NCBI GenBank assembly: GCA_051531975.1 | Contig: JAOPTT010000003.1 | Coordinates: 32,001 to 96,000 of the forward strand | Length of the DNA stretch: 64,000 nucleotides | DNA from: Spirochaetaceae bacterium | GTDB taxonomy: Bacteria > Spirochaetota > Spirochaetia > DSM-2461 | Direction of reading: 5' to 3' | Shown: one piece after another, positions 30,339 to 40,002 of the stretch | Numbering within the stretch: position 1 is the stretch's first letter | How the letters are laid out: every line of letters begins with the position of its first letter | Translations under genes and position numbers: made by a program | The notes under the pieces: generated by a model | The model's input: only the letters and a program-made list of their open reading frames with translations | Told to the model about the DNA's origin: nothing | Database searches by the model: none

Positions 30339-30374
30339 AAAAAGAGAGTAGCATTAATTTATTTAACATTACAC

Positions 30375-31331
30375 TTACTTTTTAATTGTCATCTCTTCTT
30401 TTGCAAGTAGAGCAGCACCAATAACTCCAGCTTTATTACCAGCTGTAGCATAATTAAGTTTTGCAGATGGGAAACCTTCAACAAACAGATTATCAGTTAC
30501 TTTTTTTGTAAGAATATTCATTAGAAAGTCACCACTAGCAGCAACTCCTCCACCAAAAGTAATAACTTCAGGGTCTAATACATTTATTACGTTTACAACA
30601 CCTTCAGCTAAGTAAGTAGTATATCTATCTACTGCTCTAACTGGCATATCTTCACCTTTTGCAGCACGTTCAAAAATCTCTCTAGCAGTTACTTCATAAT
30701 CAACCGTAGTTTTTTCATCAATGATCATTTTTTCAAAATGTTTAACAATTGCTGTAGCAGATGCAAAAGTTTCAAAACACCCATTTTTACCACAAGAACA
30801 GTTATAAAAGTTATCACCTATAACCATATGCCCAACTTCTAAACCTAGACCATTTCCACCTCGGTATGGTTTCCCGTTAATAATAACTCCACAACCAACT
30901 CCAGTTCCTAAAGTTAATAAAACACCTGAATCTACATCTTTTAGAGCACCGATATAGTGTTCAGCCAGTGCAGCTAAGTTAGCATCGTTATCTAAATAAA
31001 CAGAAAATGATGTTTTCTTTTCTAAGAGCTCTCTTAAAGGTATATCAAACCAACCTAGATTTGTACATTTAAATACATGATCAAGGCCCTTATTTACAAC
31101 ACCAGGGACACCAATTCCAACACCTAAAACTTCAGTACTATAATCAGCTTTTGCTTTCTTCTCTAAACCATTAATAATATCAGCAAGATTATCTACTATC
31201 TCATCTAAAGTAGTTCCTGTTGGTCTGGATTGATCAAAAATTAGGTTGTTATCCATATCAAGTAAACCAGACTTAATATTTGTTCCACCTACATCTATAC
31301 CTATTATCAATTTATTGTCTCCTATATACAT
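30375..31331 (-). CDS. ROK family sugar kinase (glucokinase-like)
   Basis: GIDVGGT, DNDANLAALAE, TLGTGVG and EVGH..CSCGKNGCFE. Confidence 0.92.
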   Translation of the reverse strand: MYIGDNKLIIGIDVGGTNIKSGLLDMDNNLIFDQSRPTGTTLDEIVDNLADIINGLEKKAKADYSTEVLGVGIGVPGVVNKGLDHVFKCTNLGWFDIPLRELLEKKTSFSVYLDNDANLAALAEHYIGALKDVDSGVLLTLGTGVGCGVIINGKPYRGGNGLGLEVGHMVIGDNFYNCSCGKNGCFETFASATAIVKHFEKMIIDEKTTVDYEVTAREIFERAAKGEDMPVRAVDRYTTYLAEGVVNVINVLDPEVITFGGGVAASGDFLMNILTKKVTDNLFVEGFPSAKLNYATAGNKAGVIGAALLAKEEMTIKK

Positions 31332-31375
31332 TGTATTTATTTAAAAATATATCTATTATTATAAAGTAAAAGATA

Positions 31376-31396
31376 TTAGTTTTCAATGTCAACTAA
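31376..31396. promoter_or_regulatory. Inverted repeat TTAGTT-N9-AACTAA, candidate ROK-repressor operator
   Basis: TTAGTTttcaatgtcAACTAA lies between the divergent ROK kinase and ROK regulator genes. Confidence 0.55.
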
Positions 31397-31411
31397 AACA
31401 AGGATGAAACA

Positions 31412-32581
31412 TTGCACCCATCAATTAAAAATTCAATAAATAAAACTCGAGTACTACAAGAAATCAGAAAAGACGAAGGTATTAGCAGAATACAAATAGC
31501 CAAAATACTGAACTTAGATAAATCAACAATTTCTAAAATTACATCGGATCTTTTAGAGCAAGGACTTATTTTTGATAAAAAAACAGATGAAGAGTTAAAT
31601 CATGCTGGACGTAGACGTATAAAGTTATCTATAAATGATCAGTTTGGTGTAATAGTTGGTCTAGAAGTACAAACTGAATTTTATAATGTTGTCATAATAA
31701 CACTTAATGGAGAGATATTACAAAACTACAAAGAGGTTCTTCCTGTTGGCTTTTTTTTAGAATCGTTAGATGTAATTTTAGAAAGTGTTATTAAAAAAAC
31801 TGAATCTGAATTTAACAAAATACTTGGTATTGGTATTGGTATACCAGGTCATATAAATACTGAAGAAGGTATAATTTGTAGATCTAATCCTCTAAATATA
31901 GAAAAACCTATATCAATATACGAACATTTTGGTTCCAAATATAGTTATCCAATATTTATTGGTAATGATGCAAATTGTTGTTGTTGGGGAGAGTTAACAT
32001 TTACCAAAGGTAAGAGAGAGAATAACTTTTTAGTGGCTCTAGGGGAAGCGAGATCTGTAAATATTAGTGACAAAGGTTCTAAAGGTTTAGCTACCGGTCT
32101 TGGAATGGTTATTGATGGGAAAGTACTATTAGGTGATAATTTCTCTGCAGGGGAATTTAAAAGTTTTTTATGGAAAGGATCACAATTTTCACAATACTCA
32201 ATATCAGATGACGATGCTTTTGGTTTATTAGAAAATAGAGAGAATACACTAATTGTAATAGAAGAACTGGTAAAACAATTAGCCCTATATGTAAATAGTT
32301 TTAACTTTACAAAAGTTATTTTTGCAGGAATATTTAACGACTATAAAATGGATATTAAAAGAATACTAACAACAGAGATTAAAACCAATTGGGGATATTC
32401 AAATACTCCAGAGGTACAAATAGAATTTACAACTTTTGGTGATTACGACGTATCCTATGGGGCCGCAGGTATGGTAGTAGAAAGATTTTTTACTACACCA
32501 GATATTACTACAGCAGAGGATAAAAAAAGCCTAAAAGGAATAGATCTATTTAGTTCAATGAATTTCGCCGCTCATGAATAG
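31412..32581 (+). CDS. ROK family transcriptional regulator (XylR/NagC-like)
   Basis: N-terminal HTH (ISRIQIA..LDKSTIS), GRRR linker, GIGIPG and GNDANCC. TTG start. Confidence 0.88.
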   Translation: MHPSIKNSINKTRVLQEIRKDEGISRIQIAKILNLDKSTISKITSDLLEQGLIFDKKTDEELNHAGRRRIKLSINDQFGVIVGLEVQTEFYNVVIITLNGEILQNYKEVLPVGFFLESLDVILESVIKKTESEFNKILGIGIGIPGHINTEEGIICRSNPLNIEKPISIYEHFGSKYSYPIFIGNDANCCCWGELTFTKGKRENNFLVALGEARSVNISDKGSKGLATGLGMVIDGKVLLGDNFSAGEFKSFLWKGSQFSQYSISDDDAFGLLENRENTLIVIEELVKQLALYVNSFNFTKVIFAGIFNDYKMDIKRILTTEIKTNWGYSNTPEVQIEFTTFGDYDVSYGAAGMVVERFFTTPDITTAEDKKSLKGIDLFSSMNFAAHE

Positions 32582-34052
32582 AGTGTCTAGTTATAATTTT
32601 ACGTCCATTATCCGGTCTATTATGGCTAATATTACCAATAATCTGGGAAATACAGTCATATAAATCCAGCTGAACTATGGGCTTAATTAAATAAGCACTA
32701 AAACCAGCATTCTCTAATCGAAGGGCATCTCCCCTACTATTAACTGATGTCAAAAGTACTAATGACAAACCACTTAATGCAACGTTTTCTTTTATCTTTT
32801 TACATATTTCAAGTTCAATATTACTTTGAACTTTTTTATCAATAAGTATAATATTATATGGTACTGATTCTTTATAAGAGTCCAATATAACGTTAACAAT
32901 ATCTTCAGAAAAAGTTGAAAAGTTATGCCTTACATCCCATTTAGATAGTATTGCACCAATAACATTACCACTTGAGATACTATCCCCTATACATAAAATA
33001 TTTGCATCGGATAGATCTCCAACATTAAATGACGAGCGCCTTCGATCACTCTTTTTAAGTGGGATTTTAAATATAAATGCGGTACCTCCCCCTTCAAGAT
33101 CAGTTACAGCCATTTGCCCATCCATAAGTTCCACTAACTGTTTTGAAATTGGCAGACCAAGGCCTATACCACTAAGTTCACGACGAATACTACTTTCATC
33201 ATGAGAAAAACTATCAAAAATATCAATTTTATCATTAGGGATACCAACACCTGTATCTGAAACAGAAAATATAAAATTAGATGATTTATCTGAATCTTCT
33301 TCCATAAGACAAGAGATTGTAATCCCACCCTTTTCTGTAAATTTTATTGCATTATCTGTTAAGTTTGACAAAATCTGTCTTATTCGACCTGGATCTCCAA
33401 TAAGAAATTCAGGGATATCAGAATCAACAATACAATTTAGATCTAACCCTTTATCATGGGCTCTATAAGAGAAGGATGAGACAAAATCATCTAACATAAA
33501 TTGCAAGTTAAATTTTATATCTTCTAACTCTAATTTGCCATCTTCAATTTTTGAGTAGTCAAACATATCTTCTATTATAGATAGTAAAGTTCCACTACTA
33601 TTTTTTAAAATTCTAATGTACTCCATCTGTTTATCATCTAAATCTGTCTCTGCTAAAAGTTCAGTCATTCCAACTATGCCATTCATAGGAGTTCTGATCT
33701 CATGGGATATATTTGATAAAAAGTCACTTTTAATTCGGGTTGAATTTTCAGCTTTTCTTGCCATTAAATCGGTTAATTCAATATTGCTTTCAAGTTCTAT
33801 GGCATTATTCTCTTGGATTAGAAGTTGTTTTTTAATTATTCGAAGTGTAGGAATAAAAGTTAAATAAATTGACAAAAAAACTATTACTAACAAAAGCATA
33901 TTCATTATTAAAGAGAACTGAACAGCACCTATATGTTTAGATAAAATTCTTGAGACTACATTAACAACAATGATGCTTAAAAATATTATAACACCACCAA
34001 TTATTGCTCTACTTTTTAATTCATTATATATATTATCTTTTTTAAATATCAC
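32550..34052 (-). CDS. Membrane hybrid sensor histidine kinase (HisKA, HATPase, receiver)
   Basis: Two N-terminal TMs, FLSNISHEIRTPMNG, NLTDNAIKFT, DTGVGI, GLGLPI and a C-terminal receiver ending AYLIKP. Confidence 0.88.
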   Translation of the reverse strand: MIFKKDNIYNELKSRAIIGGVIIFLSIIVVNVVSRILSKHIGAVQFSLIMNMLLLVIVFLSIYLTFIPTLRIIKKQLLIQENNAIELESNIELTDLMARKAENSTRIKSDFLSNISHEIRTPMNGIVGMTELLAETDLDDKQMEYIRILKNSSGTLLSIIEDMFDYSKIEDGKLELEDIKFNLQFMLDDFVSSFSYRAHDKGLDLNCIVDSDIPEFLIGDPGRIRQILSNLTDNAIKFTEKGGITISCLMEEDSDKSSNFIFSVSDTGVGIPNDKIDIFDSFSHDESSIRRELSGIGLGLPISKQLVELMDGQMAVTDLEGGGTAFIFKIPLKKSDRRRSSFNVGDLSDANILCIGDSISSGNVIGAILSKWDVRHNFSTFSEDIVNVILDSYKESVPYNIILIDKKVQSNIELEICKKIKENVALSGLSLVLLTSVNSRGDALRLENAGFSAYLIKPIVQLDLYDCISQIIGNISHNRPDNGRKIITRHSIHERRNSLN

Positions 34053-34112
34053 ACTTATAATATTAGTTTATCGGTCACAACAATGCAATTTTTTTATGTT
34101 AAAATTAATTAA

Positions 34113-34142
34113 TAAATGGACCTGCAAAAGCAAGTCCATTTA
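34113..34142 (-). terminator. Intrinsic terminator after the cpdB-like gene
   Basis: TAAATGGACcTGC-AAAA-GCAaGTCCATTTA hairpin just past the stop, with an AT-rich tail. Confidence 0.7.
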
Positions 34143-34145
34143 ATT

Positions 34146-36011
34146 CTATTTGATATCTACTGCAGTTATTGCACGAACATTCATAGTTCGTCCATCTTCT
34201 GATGTTGGTATCATTAAAGAACCATCTTTTGCTTTAGCCACAACTGCTTCAATTAGAGGATTATCAAAATCAAAACCAATAATTTCCCAGTTATTATCTA
34301 CATCAGGTGTTACAACACCATTTTTCTCTTCTTGTACATATTGAACAATTAAACTTCTTATTCGTCCAGCGTCCTGTATTGCAGCATATGAGTCATAATA
34401 TTTATCATCTAATGTTACAAGATCAAGTCCAATTAGTGTTCCAAACCGGTAGTTATTAACAGCCAATTTGTATACTTTAGCATCATCAATATCAGAACCG
34501 TTCATTGTTACATCTACAACTCGCTCACCAGCAGGGTTTCTAATATCAACATTGTAAGAAACACCAGAGAACATATCGTAGTTATAACCTCTTACATCAG
34601 GGTTAAAACTTACAGTTAAGTCACCCTCAGTCGTAGTATTATAATAAGATGCTGACCATTCCATATATTTCTTTAAGTTAGCACCAGTAATATTTACACC
34701 AACTAAAGTATTTGGATATTTATAGATATAAGCTACATCCTTTTTCATGAATGCACCTTCTTTTAAAGTAGAACCAAAGTTAAATAGTGCTGCAGAAGAT
34801 ACATCTGCCCCAGTATAAAACATCTGAACTTCGTTAATAAAGTCTATTACTGCAGTATCTTCGATCTGAGCTCTAGGCATAGTTGTAACTTTGTCTTCTC
34901 CAGTTAAGTAGTCAACACCGTTTACAAAATCACCTTCGATTTGACCAACAACCATGTTTGCATCTGCAACTGAGTCATCGTGAACAAATTTAAACTTCTC
35001 TAACATCGAAGCTTCTTCGTCTAATGGTTTAGTTTCAACATTTTTAGCTTCAACACCTAAAACAACCCATTTATCACCATCTTTTTTAACTTTAATGTCA
35101 GCTCTAGCTAAAGCCCAACCATATTTTCCAGGCTCAAGAATTGTAACATCTCCAACCATATCAACATATTTAGCATGCTCATGACCACCAAAAATAACAT
35201 CAAATTCTTGCATATTTTCAGCAATCTCAATTATAGCTTCAGCACCTCTGTCACTTGTTCTTCCCATGTGAAAAGCACCAACTAAAACATCGTATTGACC
35301 TTCCATCTGAGCTACAGCAGCTTGTACAGATTCTAAAGTACCTTTAAATTCTAAACCTTTAAAGTGAGATGGAGAAGAAGCTTCCCATTCAGGAACGTGG
35401 GGAGGTAGAACACCTACAACACCAACTTTACATCCGTTTACATCAAATATTTTGTAAGGCTGAACATAATCACTTCCATCGGCTTCTTCTTTTATATTAG
35501 AAGATAAAACTGCACCGTTAAATGCTAATACATTTCTATCTAAAAATGATTTTTCAAAGTTAAACTCATGGTTACCTAAAACCCATACATCAAAGTCCAT
35601 ATAGTTTAAAGCTTGAATCATTGGATGAGTATCTAAGTCGTTAAATAGATCTGCACTATTATCTTGAACAGTATCACCAACATCCATTAATATCATGTCT
35701 GGATTTGCTGCTCTCTCTGCCATTATCGCAGAATAAACTTTTGCTAACCCTGCATCGGAATCTGGAGCGTCAATTGCATAATCATATGCATAAATTCTTC
35801 CATGTACATCTGCAGTGGCACCAATTGCAATTGTCTGTTCTGTTAGATCTTTGTCACCTTTAATAGTAACATCCCCAGTTTGGGAATCGTACATGCTAAT
35901 TACCGATTGCTTAGAATCAGGTTTAGCAACTTTGTTGTTCATACAGCCTGTTAAAACCAATGAAACGGCTAGGATTGATAGAATCCCAGGATTAAATAGT
36001 CTTCTTTTCAT
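34146..36011 (-). CDS. Lipoprotein 2',3'-cyclic-nucleotide phosphodiesterase / nucleotidase (CpdB/UshA family)
   Basis: Lipobox LTGC, metallophosphoesterase motifs ADVHG, DVGD, LGNHEF, HMG and GGHEH, plus a 5'-nucleotidase C-domain (YKYPNT, YNYD, NNYR). Confidence 0.9.
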   Translation of the reverse strand: MKRRLFNPGILSILAVSLVLTGCMNNKVAKPDSKQSVISMYDSQTGDVTIKGDKDLTEQTIAIGATADVHGRIYAYDYAIDAPDSDAGLAKVYSAIMAERAANPDMILMDVGDTVQDNSADLFNDLDTHPMIQALNYMDFDVWVLGNHEFNFEKSFLDRNVLAFNGAVLSSNIKEEADGSDYVQPYKIFDVNGCKVGVVGVLPPHVPEWEASSPSHFKGLEFKGTLESVQAAVAQMEGQYDVLVGAFHMGRTSDRGAEAIIEIAENMQEFDVIFGGHEHAKYVDMVGDVTILEPGKYGWALARADIKVKKDGDKWVVLGVEAKNVETKPLDEEASMLEKFKFVHDDSVADANMVVGQIEGDFVNGVDYLTGEDKVTTMPRAQIEDTAVIDFINEVQMFYTGADVSSAALFNFGSTLKEGAFMKKDVAYIYKYPNTLVGVNITGANLKKYMEWSASYYNTTTEGDLTVSFNPDVRGYNYDMFSGVSYNVDIRNPAGERVVDVTMNGSDIDDAKVYKLAVNNYRFGTLIGLDLVTLDDKYYDSYAAIQDAGRIRSLIVQYVQEEKNGVVTPDVDNNWEIIGFDFDNPLIEAVVAKAKDGSLMIPTSEDGRTMNVRAITAVDIK

Positions 36012-37156
36012 TTTTGTTTCTCCTCTTTTGTAACAATAATAAAAATTATATTTGTAAGGGGTACAGTTAAAATGATACCTATACTCCCTGCAAGTGCCTG
36101 TATTATCTCTATTGATATTAGAGGTATATTGATAAACTGGGTAAATGACATGGATAATCCAGCAATCATTAAAATAAGTGTAAAAGAACTGCCCGTAAAT
36201 GCAAGTATTAAAGTATTTATCATGGTTCCTATAAGATCTCGCCCTATAGACATACCAGATTTAAACAGTTCTTTTGTTGTTATTAAAGGTTTATGTTTTT
36301 GTATTTCGTCTAATGCAGAAGTTAAACTCATAGCAACATCCATTACTGCTCCAGAAGATGCAATTAAAATAGCTATAAATAGAAAACCATTAATTCGGAT
36401 TCCAAAATCCTTGGCAATATATAAAATTTGCTCACCTTTTTCCATATTAACCCCGGATAGATGGGCAATCTTTGAAGTTATATAACTGATTAAACCAGCA
36501 ACAACTATTCCACCAATAGTTCCTAAAATAGCTATAAGGCTTTTTTTAGAAAACCCAGTCAATAAAATAAAACTAACTACTGTAATAACTGATAAAATTA
36601 ATATGGACAGTCCCATAGGATCAAATCCATTTAATATTAATGGGACTAATACAAAAAGTAACATGACACCTGTAAAAGATAGGGCAACCAAGGAACGAAA
36701 ACCTTGCCTACCAGCTATAAAAATAACTAGAAATAGAAACAAAAGTAGCAGGCCAGCAAGAAGTGGAATCCTATTATAGCTATATAACCAGACAACTAGT
36801 TTCCCATCGGGTTCAGTTCTTATAGAAAAAATATAAGTTTTCCCCTCTTCACCTAATACATTATGACCTTTACTTAGAGTATTAGAAATATTATAGGTTT
36901 CAGCTCTTTGGGTACCTGTTAAAATTTCTATAACAAGATCCTGTATACCTAATTGTCTACCTGAAACATAAGGGTCAAGATCTAATGTTTCAGATTTTAC
37001 AGACATCACTTTTCCAAAAACAAATGTTTGAGAAAAGTATTTTTGAGGTTGAAAAAATTCTAAGGAAAGAAAAACTATTATAAAATTAATTAGTATAATA
37101 CCAACTAAAAAAAATCGTCCATGTAATATTACTGTAATATTTTGTAATTTTTTCAT
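36008..37156 (-). CDS. YibE/F family membrane protein
   Basis: Multi-TM protein with GAVMDVAMS, GRDLIGTMINTLILAFTG and GSIGIILTVPLT. Its stop overlaps the start of the downstream gene (ATGA). Confidence 0.88.
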   Translation of the reverse strand: MKKLQNITVILHGRFFLVGIILINFIIVFLSLEFFQPQKYFSQTFVFGKVMSVKSETLDLDPYVSGRQLGIQDLVIEILTGTQRAETYNISNTLSKGHNVLGEEGKTYIFSIRTEPDGKLVVWLYSYNRIPLLAGLLLLFLFLVIFIAGRQGFRSLVALSFTGVMLLFVLVPLILNGFDPMGLSILILSVITVVSFILLTGFSKKSLIAILGTIGGIVVAGLISYITSKIAHLSGVNMEKGEQILYIAKDFGIRINGFLFIAILIASSGAVMDVAMSLTSALDEIQKHKPLITTKELFKSGMSIGRDLIGTMINTLILAFTGSSFTLILMIAGLSMSFTQFINIPLISIEIIQALAGSIGIILTVPLTNIIFIIVTKEEKQK

Positions 37157-37329
37157 TGTTTTAAGATAACACATATAATCGTATAGTCAAGTGTATTTTT
37201 TTCACCCACATTCAATAGATACGTAATTCGAATATTGCACGATAAATACGGCGATTATCGTAGAAGAAGGACTGTTGCATTAAGAGGGAACCAAAGAGTA
37301 TTATTATTGTATACAAAAGAGGTAACGAT

Positions 37330-38328
37330 ATGAATAAGATTATTAAATGGGGAATTTTAGGTTGTGGAAATATTGCAAACAAATTTGCAGAGAGTACAAT
37401 ACTATTAGATAGTGTAAAAATAGTTGCTGCTGCATCTAATACACCAGGAAAAGCAGAGACATTCGCCAACAAACATTCTATTAAAAGTTACTACTCAAAC
37501 TACCAGGAATTATTAGAAGATCCTGAGGTTGATGCTGTTTATGTTGCAACGACTCATAACTTTCATTATAAAAATGTAAAACAAGTTCTAGAATATAACA
37601 AACATGTACTTTGCGAAAAACCAATGACAGTTAATGGAAAAGAGATGAAGTCTTTAATAGAATTAGCTACAGAGAAACAGCTGTTTATGATGGAAGCTAT
37701 GTGGACTAGATTTTTACCAGCAATAACCCAATTAAGAGAGTGGCTTAGTACCGAATTAATTGGTGAAATTAAACAGATTAGAGCAACTTTTGGTTTCCAC
37801 TTTCCATTTGACCCTACCCATCGACTTTACAATTTAGATCTGGCGGGGGGAGCTCTACTAGATGCCGGGATATACCCTTTATCATTTGCTAATATGATTA
37901 TGGGAGATAAACCTATAGAGATAAAATCTATTGCAGATATCGGTTCTACAGGAGTAGATGAGCAATCAACCTATATTTTTAAATATCAGTCTGGAACTTT
38001 AGCATTTTTAAACTCTACTATTACAGGAAGTGTGGTATCTAGGGCAGAAATTGTAGGAACCAAAGGTAGGATAACAATCCCCCAGGGCTTTTTAGCTGCC
38101 AAAGAGATCTGGTTGGAGATAAATAATCAAAACACTGTAAAAAAGAATCTTAACTTCGATGATGAAACAGGGTTTTCATTTGAGATTGAAGCCGCCTCAA
38201 ACTCTATCAGAAAAGGTTTGTTGGAAAATGATATAATGCCACTTTCCGATACACTTCAGCTAATGGAAACTATTGATATAATTAAAGATCAGCTTGGATT
38301 GGTATATGCAAACGACCGGAATTCTTAA
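37330..38328 (+). CDS. Gfo/Idh/MocA family oxidoreductase
   Basis: WGILGCGNIA, HVLCEKP, MEAMWTRF and GGALLDAGIY. Confidence 0.92.
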   Translation: MNKIIKWGILGCGNIANKFAESTILLDSVKIVAAASNTPGKAETFANKHSIKSYYSNYQELLEDPEVDAVYVATTHNFHYKNVKQVLEYNKHVLCEKPMTVNGKEMKSLIELATEKQLFMMEAMWTRFLPAITQLREWLSTELIGEIKQIRATFGFHFPFDPTHRLYNLDLAGGALLDAGIYPLSFANMIMGDKPIEIKSIADIGSTGVDEQSTYIFKYQSGTLAFLNSTITGSVVSRAEIVGTKGRITIPQGFLAAKEIWLEINNQNTVKKNLNFDDETGFSFEIEAASNSIRKGLLENDIMPLSDTLQLMETIDIIKDQLGLVYANDRNS

Positions 38329-38473
38329 CTAATTTTTTTGCATATTTCTCAGTAGCAACATACATTTCAAAGAACTCATCCATTTGTGCCATAGTCATAT
38401 TATCTATGTCACAACTTGGATCTACATGCTCTTTGTAACACATTAATTCTATTTTTAACTGGGCTTCTGTCAT
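38282..38473 (-). CDS. Small hypothetical protein (63 aa)
   Basis: ATG with a GGAGAA RBS. No recognisable family. The 3' end overlaps the convergent gene. Confidence 0.45.
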   Translation of the reverse strand: MTEAQLKIELMCYKEHVDPSCDIDNMTMAQMDEFFEMYVATEKYAKKLVKNSGRLHIPIQADL

Positions 38474-38583
38474 TATCTTCTCCGTGACAACATACTATAT
38501 CCATATTAAATAAAAGGATATTAAAAAAACTTTTAAGGTTATTAAAGGTAATGAATTAGCAAGGTTGGGTGTATAATTATAAT

Positions 38584-39060
38584 ATGAAAAAGGTATTATT
38601 AATATCTATCTTTATTATATTTTTCTCAAACAATATTAACGGGAATTCCCTTTATATTGAGATTAATCAGATGTTAGGATATAACGTTGGTTACGAAATG
38701 AAAAACTCAACTGGTTTAGGCTTTAGATTTGGTTTAGGTCTTTCAGTGTTTAATATAAAATCAGTGAGCTATAGTAGTGTTCTGTTTTACGAATTGCCAA
38801 TTAATTCCGATAATGTGTCTCTATCAATAAACATAGGACTTCCTCTAGCATATTTTGATCTGTGGGAAGAAAAATATTTAGACTGGGATCCTATTATAGA
38901 TACTCCATACGCTGGCTGGCTAATAGGCTCGACCATTAAATGCACAATTAAAAAACACTTTAGCATAAACTTAGGAGCTGCATACTGGATAGAGTGGCAG
39001 GAATATGGTGACGATAAAGATGGGTTTATGCCACTAGTCTTCTTAGGTTATTATTTCTAA
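38584..39060 (+). CDS. Hypothetical exported protein, probable small outer-membrane beta-barrel
   Basis: Signal-like MKKVLLISIFIIFF, alternating aromatic/glycine strands and a C-terminal LGYYF. Confidence 0.6.
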   Translation: MKKVLLISIFIIFFSNNINGNSLYIEINQMLGYNVGYEMKNSTGLGFRFGLGLSVFNIKSVSYSSVLFYELPINSDNVSLSINIGLPLAYFDLWEEKYLDWDPIIDTPYAGWLIGSTIKCTIKKHFSINLGAAYWIEWQEYGDDKDGFMPLVFLGYYF

Positions 39061-39114
39061 TTGAATAGAGAATATAATTATACTATTATGTCCTTAATTA
39101 AAAGGATATTAAAA

Positions 39115-39900
39115 ATGGAAAAATGTAATAACAGCCATAAACAAGAATTATTAGAGACAATTAGACATAAAGCAGGAGAGAACTGTTTTTTATACGGAGA
39201 CATTGAAAACTTCAGCTTAGATTCAGACTTTATGGATGTCTGGAGAATAAAAAAATCTGGAATAACAACTTCAATACTACTTAGATATTATAAATTTTAT
39301 GTAGTTTATTGTTCCGACGACGATGACATAGAAGAGGTGTCCCAAATAATAAAAAAAGATAACAATGCTAGTGGCGTTTCAGGACTAACCACAACAGTAA
39401 ATAAATTAGGGAAATATATAGATTTTGATAAACTAAAAGAGATGTTTTTAGCTGAGTTAACATCTGCTACCTACAAACCATTTAAAGAGGTTGCAACACC
39501 ACAAAAAGCTGTTGAATCCGACTTAGATGATCTATTTAATTTTGAGTGCACAGTAGAAGAGTTTGAAGTAACAGAAGAGAATAGAGAATCCTTTGGTCAA
39601 GAAGTTATTACAGGTACTGGTAGAATTTATTTTATTAAGGAAAATGAAAAAATAATATCAACTGCAGCATTATCTGCTGAAAATAGTAAAAATGGTATGA
39701 TTATAGGTGTAGCAACAAATCCAGATTATAGGAGAAAAGGTTTTGCTAAATCATGTGTAGGATTATTATGTAAAGAGATGGTAGAAGAGAGTAAATCTGT
39801 ACTACTTTTTTATGATAACCCTACAGCAGGAATATTATACAAGGATCTTGGTTTTGTAGATATTAATAACTGGGGTATGGGAGTTTTAAAACACTCGTAA
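39115..39900 (+). CDS. GNAT acetyltransferase
   Basis: GVATNPDYRRKGFAK and LFYDNPTAGILYKDLGF. Start placed at ATG 39115, after AAGGA. Confidence 0.85.
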   Translation: MEKCNNSHKQELLETIRHKAGENCFLYGDIENFSLDSDFMDVWRIKKSGITTSILLRYYKFYVVYCSDDDDIEEVSQIIKKDNNASGVSGLTTTVNKLGKYIDFDKLKEMFLAELTSATYKPFKEVATPQKAVESDLDDLFNFECTVEEFEVTEENRESFGQEVITGTGRIYFIKENEKIISTAALSAENSKNGMIIGVATNPDYRRKGFAKSCVGLLCKEMVEESKSVLLFYDNPTAGILYKDLGFVDINNWGMGVLKHS

Positions 39901-39944
39901 AAATATCTCTACATCTGATAAATAGCGGAGTGATGTTGAATACC

Positions 39945-39991
39945 AAGAGAAACAGAATTATATCCATTATTGAAATAGTTCTGTTCCTCTT
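39945..39991. terminator. Hairpin between convergent GNAT and ABC permease genes
   Basis: Imperfect stem AAGAGAAACAGAATTAT ... ATAGTTCTGTTCCTCTT. Confidence 0.5.
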
Positions 39992-40002
39992 AGAATATAT
40001 AA

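Noticed and set aside
37200..37329. Short hairpin ACGATAA..TTATCGT upstream of the oxidoreductase as a riboswitch
   Set aside because: No recognisable aptamer consensus or expression platform.
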